From NCBI GenBank assembly GCA_041619515.1, contig JBFKDW010000009.1, positions 1 to 54,149 on the forward strand: 54,149 bases of DNA. Direction: 5' to 3'. The stretch comes from Acidimicrobiia bacterium. GTDB taxonomy: Bacteria; Actinomycetota; Acidimicrobiia; Spongiisociales; SHLN01. A program made the translations under genes and the position numbers. Below the pieces are notes generated by a model, which was given only the letters and a program-made list of their open reading frames with translations, was not told the DNA's origin and did no database searches. Position 1 is the first letter of the stretch; the number at the start of each line of letters is the position of its first letter. Of the stretch, positions 1-9,188 are shown in pieces.

Positions 1-2
1 AT

Positions 3-299
3 GTCGGAGTCCCGGGCGTGACCGTCGAGCTGTACGACGATGGGGACAACCTGGTGAGCACCCGCGTCACCGATGCCAATGGCGTCTACCGCTTCGGGGT
101 CAACCCGACCCGTGATTGGACGGTCAAGGTACTGTCACCTGCCGGGTTCGATTTCACCGCCCAGAACGCAGACCCGAACGAGCGCATCGACTCCGACGCC
201 GATCCCGCCGACGGAACCATCACCCTTTCTGCGTCGATGCTCACTCCGGCAGGCGATCACCGCGACCTGGCCGATGCCGGACTCGTCGAGGTCCCGTAG
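3..299 (+). CDS. 3' end of a surface protein with an SdrD B-like (Cna-B type) domain; 5'-truncated by the window edge
   Basis: Frame is open from base 3 (VGVPGVTVELYD...TDANGVYRF...DSDADP...DAGL); typical SdrD_B repeat signature. Confidence 0.75.
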   Translation, partial: VGVPGVTVELYDDGDNLVSTRVTDANGVYRFGVNPTRDWTVKVLSPAGFDFTAQNADPNERIDSDADPADGTITLSASMLTPAGDHRDLADAGLVEVP

Positions 300-337
300 C
301 CACCTCGGCAACGGGGGATCCCACCAGCCGCCCCGGT

Positions 338-1204
338 CTACACGCCCGGCCACCACTTCCGGATCTCTTCGACGAGCTGCTCGCCGGCGTCGTCCTGAAC
401 GTAGTGGCCGGCTCCTTCGATGATCACGGTGTGATGCCGAGGTAGTAGTCGCTCCCAGCGCTCGCGCTGGGCGGACCGGAAAGCGGGGTCCTTGTCCGGC
501 CACAAGATGAGAGCCGGCCGGTCCGAGAGCACCTCCAACTTCTCCGAGATTTCCTGGAGCCACGGCGTCTCTCCGAGAATGGCGCCGGGAAGCACCGCGA
601 TCGGCTCGCGGGACTCCGGGGTGGGAAACGGGCCCTGGTACATCGCCCACTCTTCCTTCGACGGCTTGGAGCGCCGGAAGCTCGTCTTCATGATCACGTT
701 GACGAAGAAGTTCAGGCGGGTGATCGCCAGGCCCATCACCGAGCTCCCCATCGACTTCGAGAACCATTCGGCTCTCCGGTCGCCGGTGATCGGCCATGCC
801 CAGGTGTTGCAGACGATGAGCGAGTGAACGCGACTGGGGCGCTCGACCGCCATGCCGAACCCGATCGGGCCGCCCCAGTCGTTCGCCATGACGGAGAACT
901 CGTCCAGCCCGAGGTTGTCGACGACCTGCCCGAGAACGGCCGAATGCTCATGGGGCATGTAGCCGTAGCCGGGGGCCGCTTTCGACAGCCCGAACCCGGG
1001 GCTGTCGACCGCGATGCAACGGAACCGGTCCTGGAGCCCGGAGATGATCTTGCGGTAGAGGAAGGACCAGGCAGGGTTGCCGTGCGCCATGACGATGGCG
1101 GGGCCGGTTCCCTGGTCGACGTAATGAATCGTCGAACCGTCGACCTCCATGAACTTGCTCTCGAACGGGAAGAGCGTTTCGTTGAACCAATCCGGACGCT
1201 GCAT
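338..1204 (-). CDS. Alpha/beta hydrolase, haloalkane dehalogenase-like
   Basis: HGNP oxyanion motif, NDWGG nucleophile elbow (Asp-Trp), C-terminal GHYVQDD catalytic His; GAGG Shine-Dalgarno upstream. Confidence 0.85.
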   Translation of the reverse strand: MQRPDWFNETLFPFESKFMEVDGSTIHYVDQGTGPAIVMAHGNPAWSFLYRKIISGLQDRFRCIAVDSPGFGLSKAAPGYGYMPHEHSAVLGQVVDNLGLDEFSVMANDWGGPIGFGMAVERPSRVHSLIVCNTWAWPITGDRRAEWFSKSMGSSVMGLAITRLNFFVNVIMKTSFRRSKPSKEEWAMYQGPFPTPESREPIAVLPGAILGETPWLQEISEKLEVLSDRPALILWPDKDPAFRSAQRERWERLLPRHHTVIIEGAGHYVQDDAGEQLVEEIRKWWPGV

Positions 1205-1388
1205 GCCGACCTCCTCTCACATCTGAGCTCCCAAACTACCCGGGTCCCGGGGGCCGGGTCTCTGGTTCGCCGGCTGCGGGGTCGTCGACCAGGTAATCGC
1301 CGGCGAGCTGTTCGAGGTTGTCGGCTAGGTCGGTTGCGGCGTGGTGGCTACCGGATAGCGTCCGCATCATCGATCGAGGAATCCGATC

Positions 1389-1730
1389 TTGGCCGAGGTC
1401 TTGCTGTTCCACCATGCCCAAGGATTGACACCGGGAGTTGTCGCGTTCGCCGACGATCTGCGCAGCGCCGATCATGTCGTGCACACGCCGGACCTCTACG
1501 ACGGCCACACGTTCGCCACGCTCGAGGAGGGAGTGGCCAACGCCAAGAAGATCGGCTGTGACGCCATCACCGAGCAGGCGGTTGGCTTTGCAGACGGGCT
1601 CGACACCGATCTGGTGTACGCCGAGTTCTCACTCGGGGTGGTGCCGGCGCAGAAACTGGCCCAGACCCGGCCAGGTGCAGGCGGGGCGCTGCTGGTCTAG
1701 CGGGTGCTCGAGTTTCTCGGGCCCGTCTAG
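1389..1730 (+). pseudogene. Dienelactone hydrolase-family pseudogene (internal deletion plus in-frame TAG)
   Basis: N-terminus AEVLLFHHAQGLTPGV...PDLY matches the actinobacterial DLH family; stops after 103 aa at TAG 1698-1700, followed in frame by RVLEFLGPV* resembling the family C-terminus; GxSxG reads EFSLG. Confidence 0.7.
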
Positions 1731-1756
1731 GCAGATCGTCGAGCCACGTCGCCCGG

Positions 1757-2164
1757 CTACGCCTCCGAGAACACCGTTGCGGCTCCGTCGACCATGCCGC
1801 GAGTGAACGCGTCGTTGTTCAAGAAGAAGGGCTCCTGGCGCTGCGGGTAGTCCCGGCGAACCGCTTCGCAAAAGGCGAACGCAAACGAATTGCGTGCCGG
1901 GATGATGGAGAATTGACGCCAGCGGATCTTCGACCATTCGGCGATCTCACGGAGCTCATTGTGGTTCGCCCGCAGGGTTGCCCAGGTGGCTCCCGCTTCG
2001 AACCCCCGCTGGTAGAGCACGGAGTCGTCGGCTTCTGCTTGCTTGGCCCGCACATGGACGGCTTCGGCCGCCAATGCGGTCTGGCAAATCTGTTCCAGGT
2101 CGACGCCCGCCTCCGTGAGGTCAACGTGGAGGTCCTGATCGATGGTGAGCGTGATCTTCGGCAT
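1757..2164 (-). CDS. Hypothetical protein with an N-terminal CcdA/ribbon-helix-helix antitoxin-like segment
   Basis: ATG 2164 with GGAG upstream; MPKITLTIDQDLHVDLTEAGVDLEQICQTALAAE resembles the CcdA-type beta-alpha-alpha pattern. Confidence 0.5.
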   Translation of the reverse strand: MPKITLTIDQDLHVDLTEAGVDLEQICQTALAAEAVHVRAKQAEADDSVLYQRGFEAGATWATLRANHNELREIAEWSKIRWRQFSIIPARNSFAFAFCEAVRRDYPQRQEPFFLNNDAFTRGMVDGAATVFSEA

Positions 2165-2280
2165 GTTCTCCGCCTGTTCGGTTAGCACTCTCACCGTACA
2201 ACAGGTCGCGAAACTTGTCTCACAGCCACCAGACCCGTCGTACATCGATAGCGGGGGAGAAGCAGCGGTACGATCCGGCC

Positions 2281-2757
2281 ATGCTGCATGTCGTCCTCCA
2301 TCAGCCGGAGATCCCGCCCAACACCGGCAACATCATGCGACTGTGCGCCAACACCGCCACGGCGCTCCATCTGATCCACCCCCTCGGGTTCACGCTGGAT
2401 GACCAGCAGCTGCGGCGGGCCGGGCTCGACTACCGGGAATGGGCGGACGTCACCGAGCACGCCTCGCTCGACGACTTCCTGGCCGACACCTCCCCGAGCC
2501 GAGTCATCGCCTTCACGCGCAATGGCTCCCAGCTCTACACCGACCTCGAGTATGCGCCGGGCGACGCGCTCTTGTTCGGTCCGGAATCCGGCGGGTTGGA
2601 GCCCGCAGTGTTGGCCCGGCCCGGCATCGCCGGGCGAGCCCGCATCCCGATGGTGGCCCGCAGCCGCAGCCTGAACCTCTCGAACGCAGTCGCCATCGTC
2701 CTCTACGAGGCTTTGCGGCAGACCGGGTTCCCGGGTCTCGTCCCGGGCGGGAAGTAG
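2281..2757 (+). CDS. trmL: tRNA (cytidine/uridine(34)-2'-O)-methyltransferase TrmL (SPOUT)
   Basis: PEIPPNTGNIMRLC, RRAGLDY, LFGPESGGL and RSLNLSN motifs. Confidence 0.95.
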   Translation: MLHVVLHQPEIPPNTGNIMRLCANTATALHLIHPLGFTLDDQQLRRAGLDYREWADVTEHASLDDFLADTSPSRVIAFTRNGSQLYTDLEYAPGDALLFGPESGGLEPAVLARPGIAGRARIPMVARSRSLNLSNAVAIVLYEALRQTGFPGLVPGGK

Positions 2758-2766
2758 GCTGATTCG

Positions 2767-4632
2767 ATGGGAAGTGGACGGTTCCGCCTGGCGCTGGCGG
2801 CCGGATCTGTAGCCGCTCTCGTCACCGCCGGGGTGGCGGGCGCCGATTTTGCCTGGGATTTCGAGGCCGGCTTCGACCCTCCCGAGCCGGCTGATGCCTT
2901 CGCCCGGTCGGTTGCCCTCGATGACCCGACCCTCGTGACGGGTGCCCCCCTCGACGACACCCTTCTCCCCAACTCGGGCGCGGTGTGGATTCACACCCGC
3001 AACGAGGATGGCACCTGGAGCTTTGTCACCAAGCTCAATGCCGCCGACGGGGCTGCCGGTGACGAATTCGGCGCGGCGGTCGCGATCGAAGGCGACACGA
3101 TGGTGGCGGGGGCTCCGTTCGCCGACGAGGGCAGGGGGGCCGTCTACGTGTTCACCCGGGGCCCAGGAGGGGCCTGGACGCAGACCGCACGATTGGAGCC
3201 CGACGGCCCGCCAACTGCAGCAAATTTCGGCAGCGACGTCGACGTAGCCGGCAACACCATCGCCATCGGGGCACCCGGAGGCGAGACGGGATCGGCGTTC
3301 GTCTTCAATGCAGGCGGCGACGGCGTCTGGTCTCAGACCGCCGAGCTCGTTCCCAACGACGCCGAGACCGGCGACCTGGCAGGGGCCTCTGTTGCCTTGT
3401 CGGGCGACACGATCCTCGTCGGCGCCAGCCTCGAGGACGCGGCGGGCAGCAGCTCGGGGTCGGTGTACGCCTTCGTGCGAGCCGCAGACGGAACCTGGTC
3501 ACAGCAGGCCAAACTCATCGCATCGGATGCCAACACGGCGGACTTGTTCGGAGATGCCGTCGAGCTGGTCGCCGACATCGCGGTGGTGGGGGCTCGGGCC
3601 GACGACGACTCGGGCTCGGGAAGCGGCAGTGCGTACATCTTCACTCGCAGCCGGGCGGACATCTGGTCTCAGCAGGCCAAGCTGGTGGCGTCGGACGCAG
3701 CCGCCGCCGGGTTGTTTGGGGCTGCACTGTCCTTCGACGGCACCCAGCTGGTGGTGGGGGCGCCGGGGGCGGGGTCTGCCTATGTGTTCGAGAGCCCCGG
3801 GTGGGAGGAGACATTCAAGCTGGACGGTGCCCTCCTCTATGGTGGCGACGTTGCCATCGACGGCGAGGCCCTGGCGGTCGCCACCCAGGCCGTGGCGTCG
3901 GGGACGGTTGACGTCTACCGGCGGAGCGAAGCGCTGCTGCCGCCGCCGGTGCCGGTCGGGGTGTTCGATCCCGCCACCGGTGTCTGGTCGATGGCCGACG
4001 ATACCGGTGGCGTCAGCACCTTCTTCTACGGGATACCCGGGGACATCCCGCTGGTTGGTGACTGGGATTGCGACGGCGACGACACCGTCGGCATGTTCCG
4101 GCCGGGCAACGGGTTCGTGTACCTGCGAAATAGCAACGACATCGGGCCGGCCGATATCACCTTCTGGTACGGGATCGGCGGCGACATCCCCATTGCCGGT
4201 GACTGGGACGGAGATGGCTGCGACTCGATCGGGATCTATCGAAACGGGCGCGTCTACCTGCGCAACACGCTCGACACCGGCATCGCCGACCTGTCGTTCT
4301 TCTACGGGTTGGCCACCGACACGCCGTTTGCCGGGGACTGGGACGGCGACGGCATCGACACCGTAGGCCTGTATCGCCAATCGACCGGCTACGTGTTCCT
4401 GCGAAACAGCCTGTCGGCCGGGTTCGCGCATGTCGAGTTCTTCTTCGGGAATCCGGGGGACCGGGTGGTTGCGTCCGATTGGAACAACGACGGCACCGAC
4501 ACAGTGTCGGTCTACCGGCCTGATGAGGCCCGCTTCTACATCTCCAATGTCAACGACACGGCTTTTGCCGAGCTGGACTTCCGATTCGGGGCCCGTAACC
4601 TGGAGCCGATAGCCGGCGCGTTTGCCCCCTGA
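2767..4632 (+). CDS. Secreted FG-GAP repeat protein with C-terminal GDWDGDG repeat domain
   Basis: Signal peptide; about 7 FG...GAP repeats; PPPVP linker; four GDWD(C/G)DG / DWNNDG repeats. Confidence 0.85.
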   Translation: MGSGRFRLALAAGSVAALVTAGVAGADFAWDFEAGFDPPEPADAFARSVALDDPTLVTGAPLDDTLLPNSGAVWIHTRNEDGTWSFVTKLNAADGAAGDEFGAAVAIEGDTMVAGAPFADEGRGAVYVFTRGPGGAWTQTARLEPDGPPTAANFGSDVDVAGNTIAIGAPGGETGSAFVFNAGGDGVWSQTAELVPNDAETGDLAGASVALSGDTILVGASLEDAAGSSSGSVYAFVRAADGTWSQQAKLIASDANTADLFGDAVELVADIAVVGARADDDSGSGSGSAYIFTRSRADIWSQQAKLVASDAAAAGLFGAALSFDGTQLVVGAPGAGSAYVFESPGWEETFKLDGALLYGGDVAIDGEALAVATQAVASGTVDVYRRSEALLPPPVPVGVFDPATGVWSMADDTGGVSTFFYGIPGDIPLVGDWDCDGDDTVGMFRPGNGFVYLRNSNDIGPADITFWYGIGGDIPIAGDWDGDGCDSIGIYRNGRVYLRNTLDTGIADLSFFYGLATDTPFAGDWDGDGIDTVGLYRQSTGYVFLRNSLSAGFAHVEFFFGNPGDRVVASDWNNDGTDTVSVYRPDEARFYISNVNDTAFAELDFRFGARNLEPIAGAFAP

Positions 4633-4650
4633 TTTCGATACATTTGTCTC

Positions 4651-5289
4651 ATGGATCGCGACCAGGTGGAAGTCGCCCTGACCCGGGCAGTTGAGATCGA
4701 CGCCGCCGTCGAGCCCGCCGAGCCGACCTTCGACCTCCCGACCGTACAACGGCTGGCCGATGAGCTCGGAGTGTCGTCCGAGGCGATCGCTCGCGCCATC
4801 GGCGAGACGACTGTTCCCGAGGCGGGACCCATCAACGCCGTCGCCCACGCCACGATCCCGGCCCCCGCCCCCGAGGTCGACCGGGCGCTGGAGTCCCTCC
4901 TGCGGCTGCGCGGCCTCCAACCCGTCGGATCGGGCGTCTGGCAGCAAGCGTCGGGATGGTGGCCCGACTTGTTTCGGTTCCGAGCGGTGACGCCGGTGGC
5001 GGTGACGGTTGCGCCCGGGTACGGCGGCACGGTCGTCTCCTTGACGGCCCGGCTCGACCGGGTGTGGAGGGTGCATCTGGCGGCCGCCGTCCTCGTTCCG
5101 CTCGTCACGGCTCTCGCGCTTCTCGGTGCCGTCGGCGTCGGGGACTTGGCCGGAGGTTTGGTGGCCGCCCTCGCATGGGTCGGCTCGTGTGCCTGGGGGT
5201 ACCAGTATCGGCGGGAGTCGATTCGCCGTCGTTTGGCGGCGGCACTGGGCGACATCGCCGAGCCTGCCTACCGCCGGCAGCCCTGGTGA
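4651..5289 (+). CDS. Hypothetical membrane protein
   Basis: 212-aa ORF with two C-terminal hydrophobic helices; TACATT-N6-ATG leaderless signature. Confidence 0.7.
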   Translation: MDRDQVEVALTRAVEIDAAVEPAEPTFDLPTVQRLADELGVSSEAIARAIGETTVPEAGPINAVAHATIPAPAPEVDRALESLLRLRGLQPVGSGVWQQASGWWPDLFRFRAVTPVAVTVAPGYGGTVVSLTARLDRVWRVHLAAAVLVPLVTALALLGAVGVGDLAGGLVAALAWVGSCAWGYQYRRESIRRRLAAALGDIAEPAYRRQPW

Positions 5290-5324
5290 ATCCGCAGTCC
5301 TCTCCCGCTGCCTAGTGTTGTCGG

Positions 5325-6218
5325 ATGCGCGTTCTCGTCTCGGGCTCGACCGGCCTCATCGGCAACGCCTTGCTTCCGGCATTAGCCGAAGCCGGGCATG
5401 ACCCTGTCCGCCTCCATCGTGGCACCGAGCCGAAACCTGGGGAGCTGCGCTGGGACCCGGCCGCCGGGCTGGTCGATGACCTGTCCGGGATCGAGGCGAT
5501 CATCCATCTGGCCGGGGTCGGGATCGGCGAGAAGCGCTGGACCGAGGCCCACAAGAAGGCCATCCTCGAGAGCCGCACGGTCGGTACCCGGCTGATAGCG
5601 GAGGCCGCCGCGGCCGCCAATCCTCGTCCGGCGGTGCTCGTCAGCTCCTCAGCTATCGGGATCTATGGCAACTCGGGCGACGAAGAGCTCACGGAGGAAA
5701 GCGCGGCCGGGAACGACTTCCTGGCAGAGGTGTGTGTTCAGTGGGAGGCTGCCGCCGAGCCGGCCCGGGCCGCAGGGATACGGGTGGTCCACCCCAGGAC
5801 CGGCATTGTGCTGTCCTCCAACGGTGGCGCCCTCGACCGGATGCTGCTGCCCTTCAAACTGGGGCTGGGGGGACGGGTGGGCTCGGGGAAGCAGTGGATG
5901 AGCTGGATCTCGATGGCCGACGAAATCAGTGCCCTCGTTCACCTCCTCCACCACGAGCTCTCCGGCCCGGTGAACCTGACCGCCCCCAATCCGGTCAGGA
6001 ACCGTGAGTTCGTCAAGACTCTGGGATCGGTCCTCAACCGGCCCACCTTCCTTCCCACCCCGCTCACCCCGGTCAAGGCGCGGTTTGGGACCGAGCTGGT
6101 GGAGTCGCTGCTGCTGTACAGCCAGCGGGTGGTGGGCGTGGATCTGCTGAAAAGCGGTTTCGAGTTCCGGCACCCGCAGCTGCGGGGAGCTCTCGAAGCG
6201 GCGGTGGCCGGCGCCTAA
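5325..6218 (+). CDS. TIGR01777-family NAD-dependent epimerase-like oxidoreductase
   Basis: GSTGLIG Rossmann motif, IHLAG, SAIGIYG, GSGKQWMSWI, NLTAPNPV. Confidence 0.9.
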   Translation: MRVLVSGSTGLIGNALLPALAEAGHDPVRLHRGTEPKPGELRWDPAAGLVDDLSGIEAIIHLAGVGIGEKRWTEAHKKAILESRTVGTRLIAEAAAAANPRPAVLVSSSAIGIYGNSGDEELTEESAAGNDFLAEVCVQWEAAAEPARAAGIRVVHPRTGIVLSSNGGALDRMLLPFKLGLGGRVGSGKQWMSWISMADEISALVHLLHHELSGPVNLTAPNPVRNREFVKTLGSVLNRPTFLPTPLTPVKARFGTELVESLLLYSQRVVGVDLLKSGFEFRHPQLRGALEAAVAGA

Positions 6219-7123
6219 ACGGCCTGCTCGCGCCGGCTCGCCAAATAGGCCCCGGCAAGGACGACGACCATGCCGACCAGTGTGACCAGGGCGACGGATT
6301 CATCACGAAAGGCCACTCCGAGGATGACGGCCACCACGGGTATGAGGTACACGGCAACCCCACCCCGGGTGGCGCCGACGCGGCCGACGAGCGACGCCAT
6401 GACCGCCAGCGCCACCCCTGTCCCGAACACGCCGAGCACGAACACCGCCGCCAGGCCGGGTGGCTCCAAGGAGGAATCGGGGAGCCCGGCGAGCGCGGCA
6501 GGGAGCGTGGCGATTGCGGCCACGATCTGGGCCCGCAGGATGACGGGAAGCGCTCCATGGGCCTGCTGCAAGGGCACAGCGATATTCACCGAGAAGCCGT
6601 AGAAGACGGTGGCAAGGAGCACCAGGGCGATTCCGAGGGCGGCGTTGGTTCCTTCACCCCACGACGGGAGTGTCACCAGGATGACCCCGATGAATCCGAG
6701 GATCAGCCCGGCAACGTGGATGCGCTCCGGGAGCCGGTGCAGCAGCACGGCGGCGATGGCGGCGGCGAACAGGGGCATCGCCGCGTTCAGGATGCCGGCC
6801 AGGGACGAGTCGATCCACTGCTGGGCGATGGGAAACAGCGTGAACGGAATCGCGATCCAGGTGAATCCCAACAGGACGATCGGTCGCCACTGCCCCCGGT
6901 CAACTCCCGTTCGGGCGGCCGGCATGAGCGAGAGGGCGCCCGCTCCCAATGCGACCCGCAGCCAGGTGATCACCCCGGGGGCGAGTGATTCGAGGGCGAT
7001 ATCGATGAAGAGGAAGGACGCTCCCCACGTGAGTGCCAGGAACCCGACCAGGCTCCATTCGAAACCACCGAATGCTTCGCGGCGGGATCCCCGTGCCGTG
7101 CTGATCATCCGGCCATCCGCCAT
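6215..7123 (-). CDS. DMT/EamA family transporter
   Basis: About 10 TM helices; WGASFLFI, AGILNAAMPLF, YLIPVVAVILG. Confidence 0.9.
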   Translation of the reverse strand: MADGRMISTARGSRREAFGGFEWSLVGFLALTWGASFLFIDIALESLAPGVITWLRVALGAGALSLMPAARTGVDRGQWRPIVLLGFTWIAIPFTLFPIAQQWIDSSLAGILNAAMPLFAAAIAAVLLHRLPERIHVAGLILGFIGVILVTLPSWGEGTNAALGIALVLLATVFYGFSVNIAVPLQQAHGALPVILRAQIVAAIATLPAALAGLPDSSLEPPGLAAVFVLGVFGTGVALAVMASLVGRVGATRGGVAVYLIPVVAVILGVAFRDESVALVTLVGMVVVLAGAYLASRREQAV

Positions 7124-7187
7124 CGTGCGAGGTTATCGCGAGGCGTGGTCCGCTGCGATAGCCGGGACCGGCCCGTAGGCTCTCGAA

Positions 7188-7778
7188 ATGCGTGAATTCG
7201 TGATGTTCCGGCGTGGCCGGGTCCTGCTTCCCGGACAGCGCCTGCGCCTGCGCGTGCACGACGTTGCCCTGGCCGCCCTCCTGGCGGAGGCCGACGAGTT
7301 CTGTGCGGTGTTCTCGCCGCCGCGCTCCGAACCCAGCCCGCTGGGTGTGGAAGCACGGATCACCGCTCGCAGTTCCGCCCCCTCTGACCGCCTCGACATC
7401 GAGGTCATCGGCGGCGTCCGGCTGAGACTCGCCGGCGGATCTGCCTCGACCTCGATGGTATTTGCCGAAGCGGTGCCCGAGGAGCCCGGCGGCGGTGACG
7501 TCGAGCTCTTGCGGGCCGAGCTGCAGCGAGGCGTGCGGCGGTTCGCCGCCGCGGCTATCGAGAGCGGCCAGCCGGCCTCGATTTCCTCCGAACTGCACCG
7601 TGATCCGACCACGGCCTCATACCAGGCTGCCACGCTGCTCCCCATCTCCCACCCCGAACGCCAGGAGCTGTTGGAGATCGCCACCACCACCCTGCGTCTC
7701 GAGCATGAGCTACGAATCGTGGCCGGGGAGACCGGTATCTTGCGTCATCTCCTCGGGATGGGGAGAATGGGAGCCTGA
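7188..7778 (+). CDS. Stand-alone Lon N-terminal (substrate-binding) domain protein, degenerate
   Basis: MF..G.VLLPG..L.L.V start and ERQELLE...RL C-terminal motif; no AAA or protease domain. Confidence 0.6.
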   Translation: MREFVMFRRGRVLLPGQRLRLRVHDVALAALLAEADEFCAVFSPPRSEPSPLGVEARITARSSAPSDRLDIEVIGGVRLRLAGGSASTSMVFAEAVPEEPGGGDVELLRAELQRGVRRFAAAAIESGQPASISSELHRDPTTASYQAATLLPISHPERQELLEIATTTLRLEHELRIVAGETGILRHLLGMGRMGA

Positions 7779-8134
7779 TGCCAAACGTCCAGGAATTACC
7801 AGACCTGATCTCGCAGTCGATCGACCTCTCCAAGGAGTATCTGAAGCAGGAGACCGTCGCACCCGCCAAGCGCCTCGGCAAGACGGCCGGGTTTGGGTTC
7901 GCGGCCGCCATCATGTTCGGGATGGCGGCCCTGCTGGGAGGCGTCGCCGTCAATCGGTGGATCATCCGGCTGCTCCCCGAAGGCCGGGCGTGGAGCGGTC
8001 TCGCCTACGTCGTCTCGGCAATCGTCCTGGTGATCGTGGCGGCCGTGATCATTGCCGTCGGCCGGAGCGGCTATGAGGACCCAGGATCCATCAAAGACAT
8101 CCTTCCCACCCGAAGCGAGGAGACCGGCGGCTAG
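7778..8134 (+). CDS. Actinobacterial holin-X/DUF1469-like membrane protein
   Basis: YLKQETVAPAKRLGK followed by two TM helices. Confidence 0.6.
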   Translation: MPNVQELPDLISQSIDLSKEYLKQETVAPAKRLGKTAGFGFAAAIMFGMAALLGGVAVNRWIIRLLPEGRAWSGLAYVVSAIVLVIVAAVIIAVGRSGYEDPGSIKDILPTRSEETGG

Positions 8135-8143
8135 CCTGGCGCT

Positions 8144-8341
8144 ATGACCATCCAACGCAAAGACCTCGAGGACAAGTTCCGCCAGATCCAGTCGGCGGTC
8201 GACGAGACCAAATCCACCGCCAAGAGTGCCGGGATTGGGCTCGCCATCGGTGCCGTGCTGCTCGTCCTGCTCGTCTACCTTCTCGGCAGGCGCAAGGGCA
8301 AGAAGGGCGGTGCTCAGCTGGAGATCTACCGCCTGAGCTGA
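8144..8341 (+). CDS. Small single-TM protein
   Basis: Short helical N-terminus, TM helix, basic tail GRRKGKK; TAGCCT-N6-ATG. Confidence 0.65.
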   Translation: MTIQRKDLEDKFRQIQSAVDETKSTAKSAGIGLAIGAVLLVLLVYLLGRRKGKKGGAQLEIYRLS

Positions 8342-8375
8342 GCGACGTCCCAACCGAATGCGGCCGGGTCGCCGG

Positions 8376-9152
8376 CTACTCCAGCTTCTTGTACGCCTTC
8401 TCGGCGTTTCTCAGCTTGCGGCGGCGGCGGCGGGTCGAGCGCTTGTCGACCTTGGCCCGGCGCTCCTCCAGATTCCGGGTCGCGGCCCGCAGGCGGCGAC
8501 GCCGGCGACGGGAGGGTTGAGCGGGCTGCTCGACTCCGGCAGATGCCCGGGCAGCCCGTTTGTGCTGCTTGCGCGCCTTGCGGACCCGTCTCCGGCTCGG
8601 ACGCTTCCGGGCGCGCTTTTCCGCACGGTTTAGCTTCCGGCGGAGGCGGCTCGGCAGGGCGTCACGGTCGGTTTCGAAATCGTCGAGTGAGGCAAGCCTG
8701 GAATCGCGGCGGGACACTTTGGCGGCCGCCGGCCCGTCGGATGTTTCGGAGGCCTTGCGGCGGCGCCTGCGGCGGCGCCTGCGGCGGTCGGGCGTTTCGG
8801 CCACCCCGGCTTCCTCCTTGGCCTCCACCCCGGCTGCCAACAGGTCGGTGGCCGCACCGAGCAGCTGGGTGGCAATCGAGGGCCCCTCGCCCGGGGGGTC
8901 GACCTCGGCGACCTGGGTCCCGGCGGGAAGCGATCCCGCCAGGGGGGCCTCGCCCTTGCCGGGTACCCGGATGAGATAGCTCTGCCCCGGCTTGAGCTGC
9001 TTGCGCACGATCAGTTCCTTGGCGGGCCGGGTGCTTCGCTTCCGTATCTGGTCGACGGCGGTTGCCGCCGTCCACAACCCGATGATCGGCGGCGATCCAC
9101 CCGTACGGAGGCTCCTGAATAGATGCTTGGCTCGGTTACCGGCTAAATTCAT
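8376..9152 (-). CDS. Hypothetical protein with a very Arg/Lys-rich C-terminal half
   Basis: 258-aa ORF filling the gap between flanking genes; LKPGQSYLIRV segment, then R10, R6 and R5 runs. Confidence 0.6.
   Translation of the reverse strand: MNLAGNRAKHLFRSLRTGGSPPIIGLWTAATAVDQIRKRSTRPAKELIVRKQLKPGQSYLIRVPGKGEAPLAGSLPAGTQVAEVDPPGEGPSIATQLLGAATDLLAAGVEAKEEAGVAETPDRRRRRRRRRRKASETSDGPAAAKVSRRDSRLASLDDFETDRDALPSRLRRKLNRAEKRARKRPSRRRVRKARKQHKRAARASAGVEQPAQPSRRRRRRLRAATRNLEERRAKVDKRSTRRRRRKLRNAEKAYKKLE
8756..8787. repeat. 12-bp tandem repeat (TGCGGCGGCGCC x about 2.7) encoding poly-Arg on the minus strand
   Basis: Directly visible in sequence. Confidence 0.7.
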
Positions 9153-9188
9153 CTCACGCCCAATCTAGGGCGTTCTGCGAGGTTGGTG

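Noticed and set aside
1698..1700. TAG read-through (pyrrolysine-like) in the DLH gene
   Set aside because: Read-through adds only a few residues; the catalytic C-terminal half is missing, so decay is the better explanation
3499..5076. Long minus-strand ORFs (also 21223-22767, 29075-30334, 32944-34452, 35847-37109, 40958-42547)
   Set aside because: Antisense shadows of well-supported genes in high-GC DNA; no recognisable motifs
7778..8134. Holin or S74 domain as evidence of a prophage
   Set aside because: No capsid, terminase, portal, endolysin or integrase genes; holin-X-like genes are chromosomal in Actinobacteria
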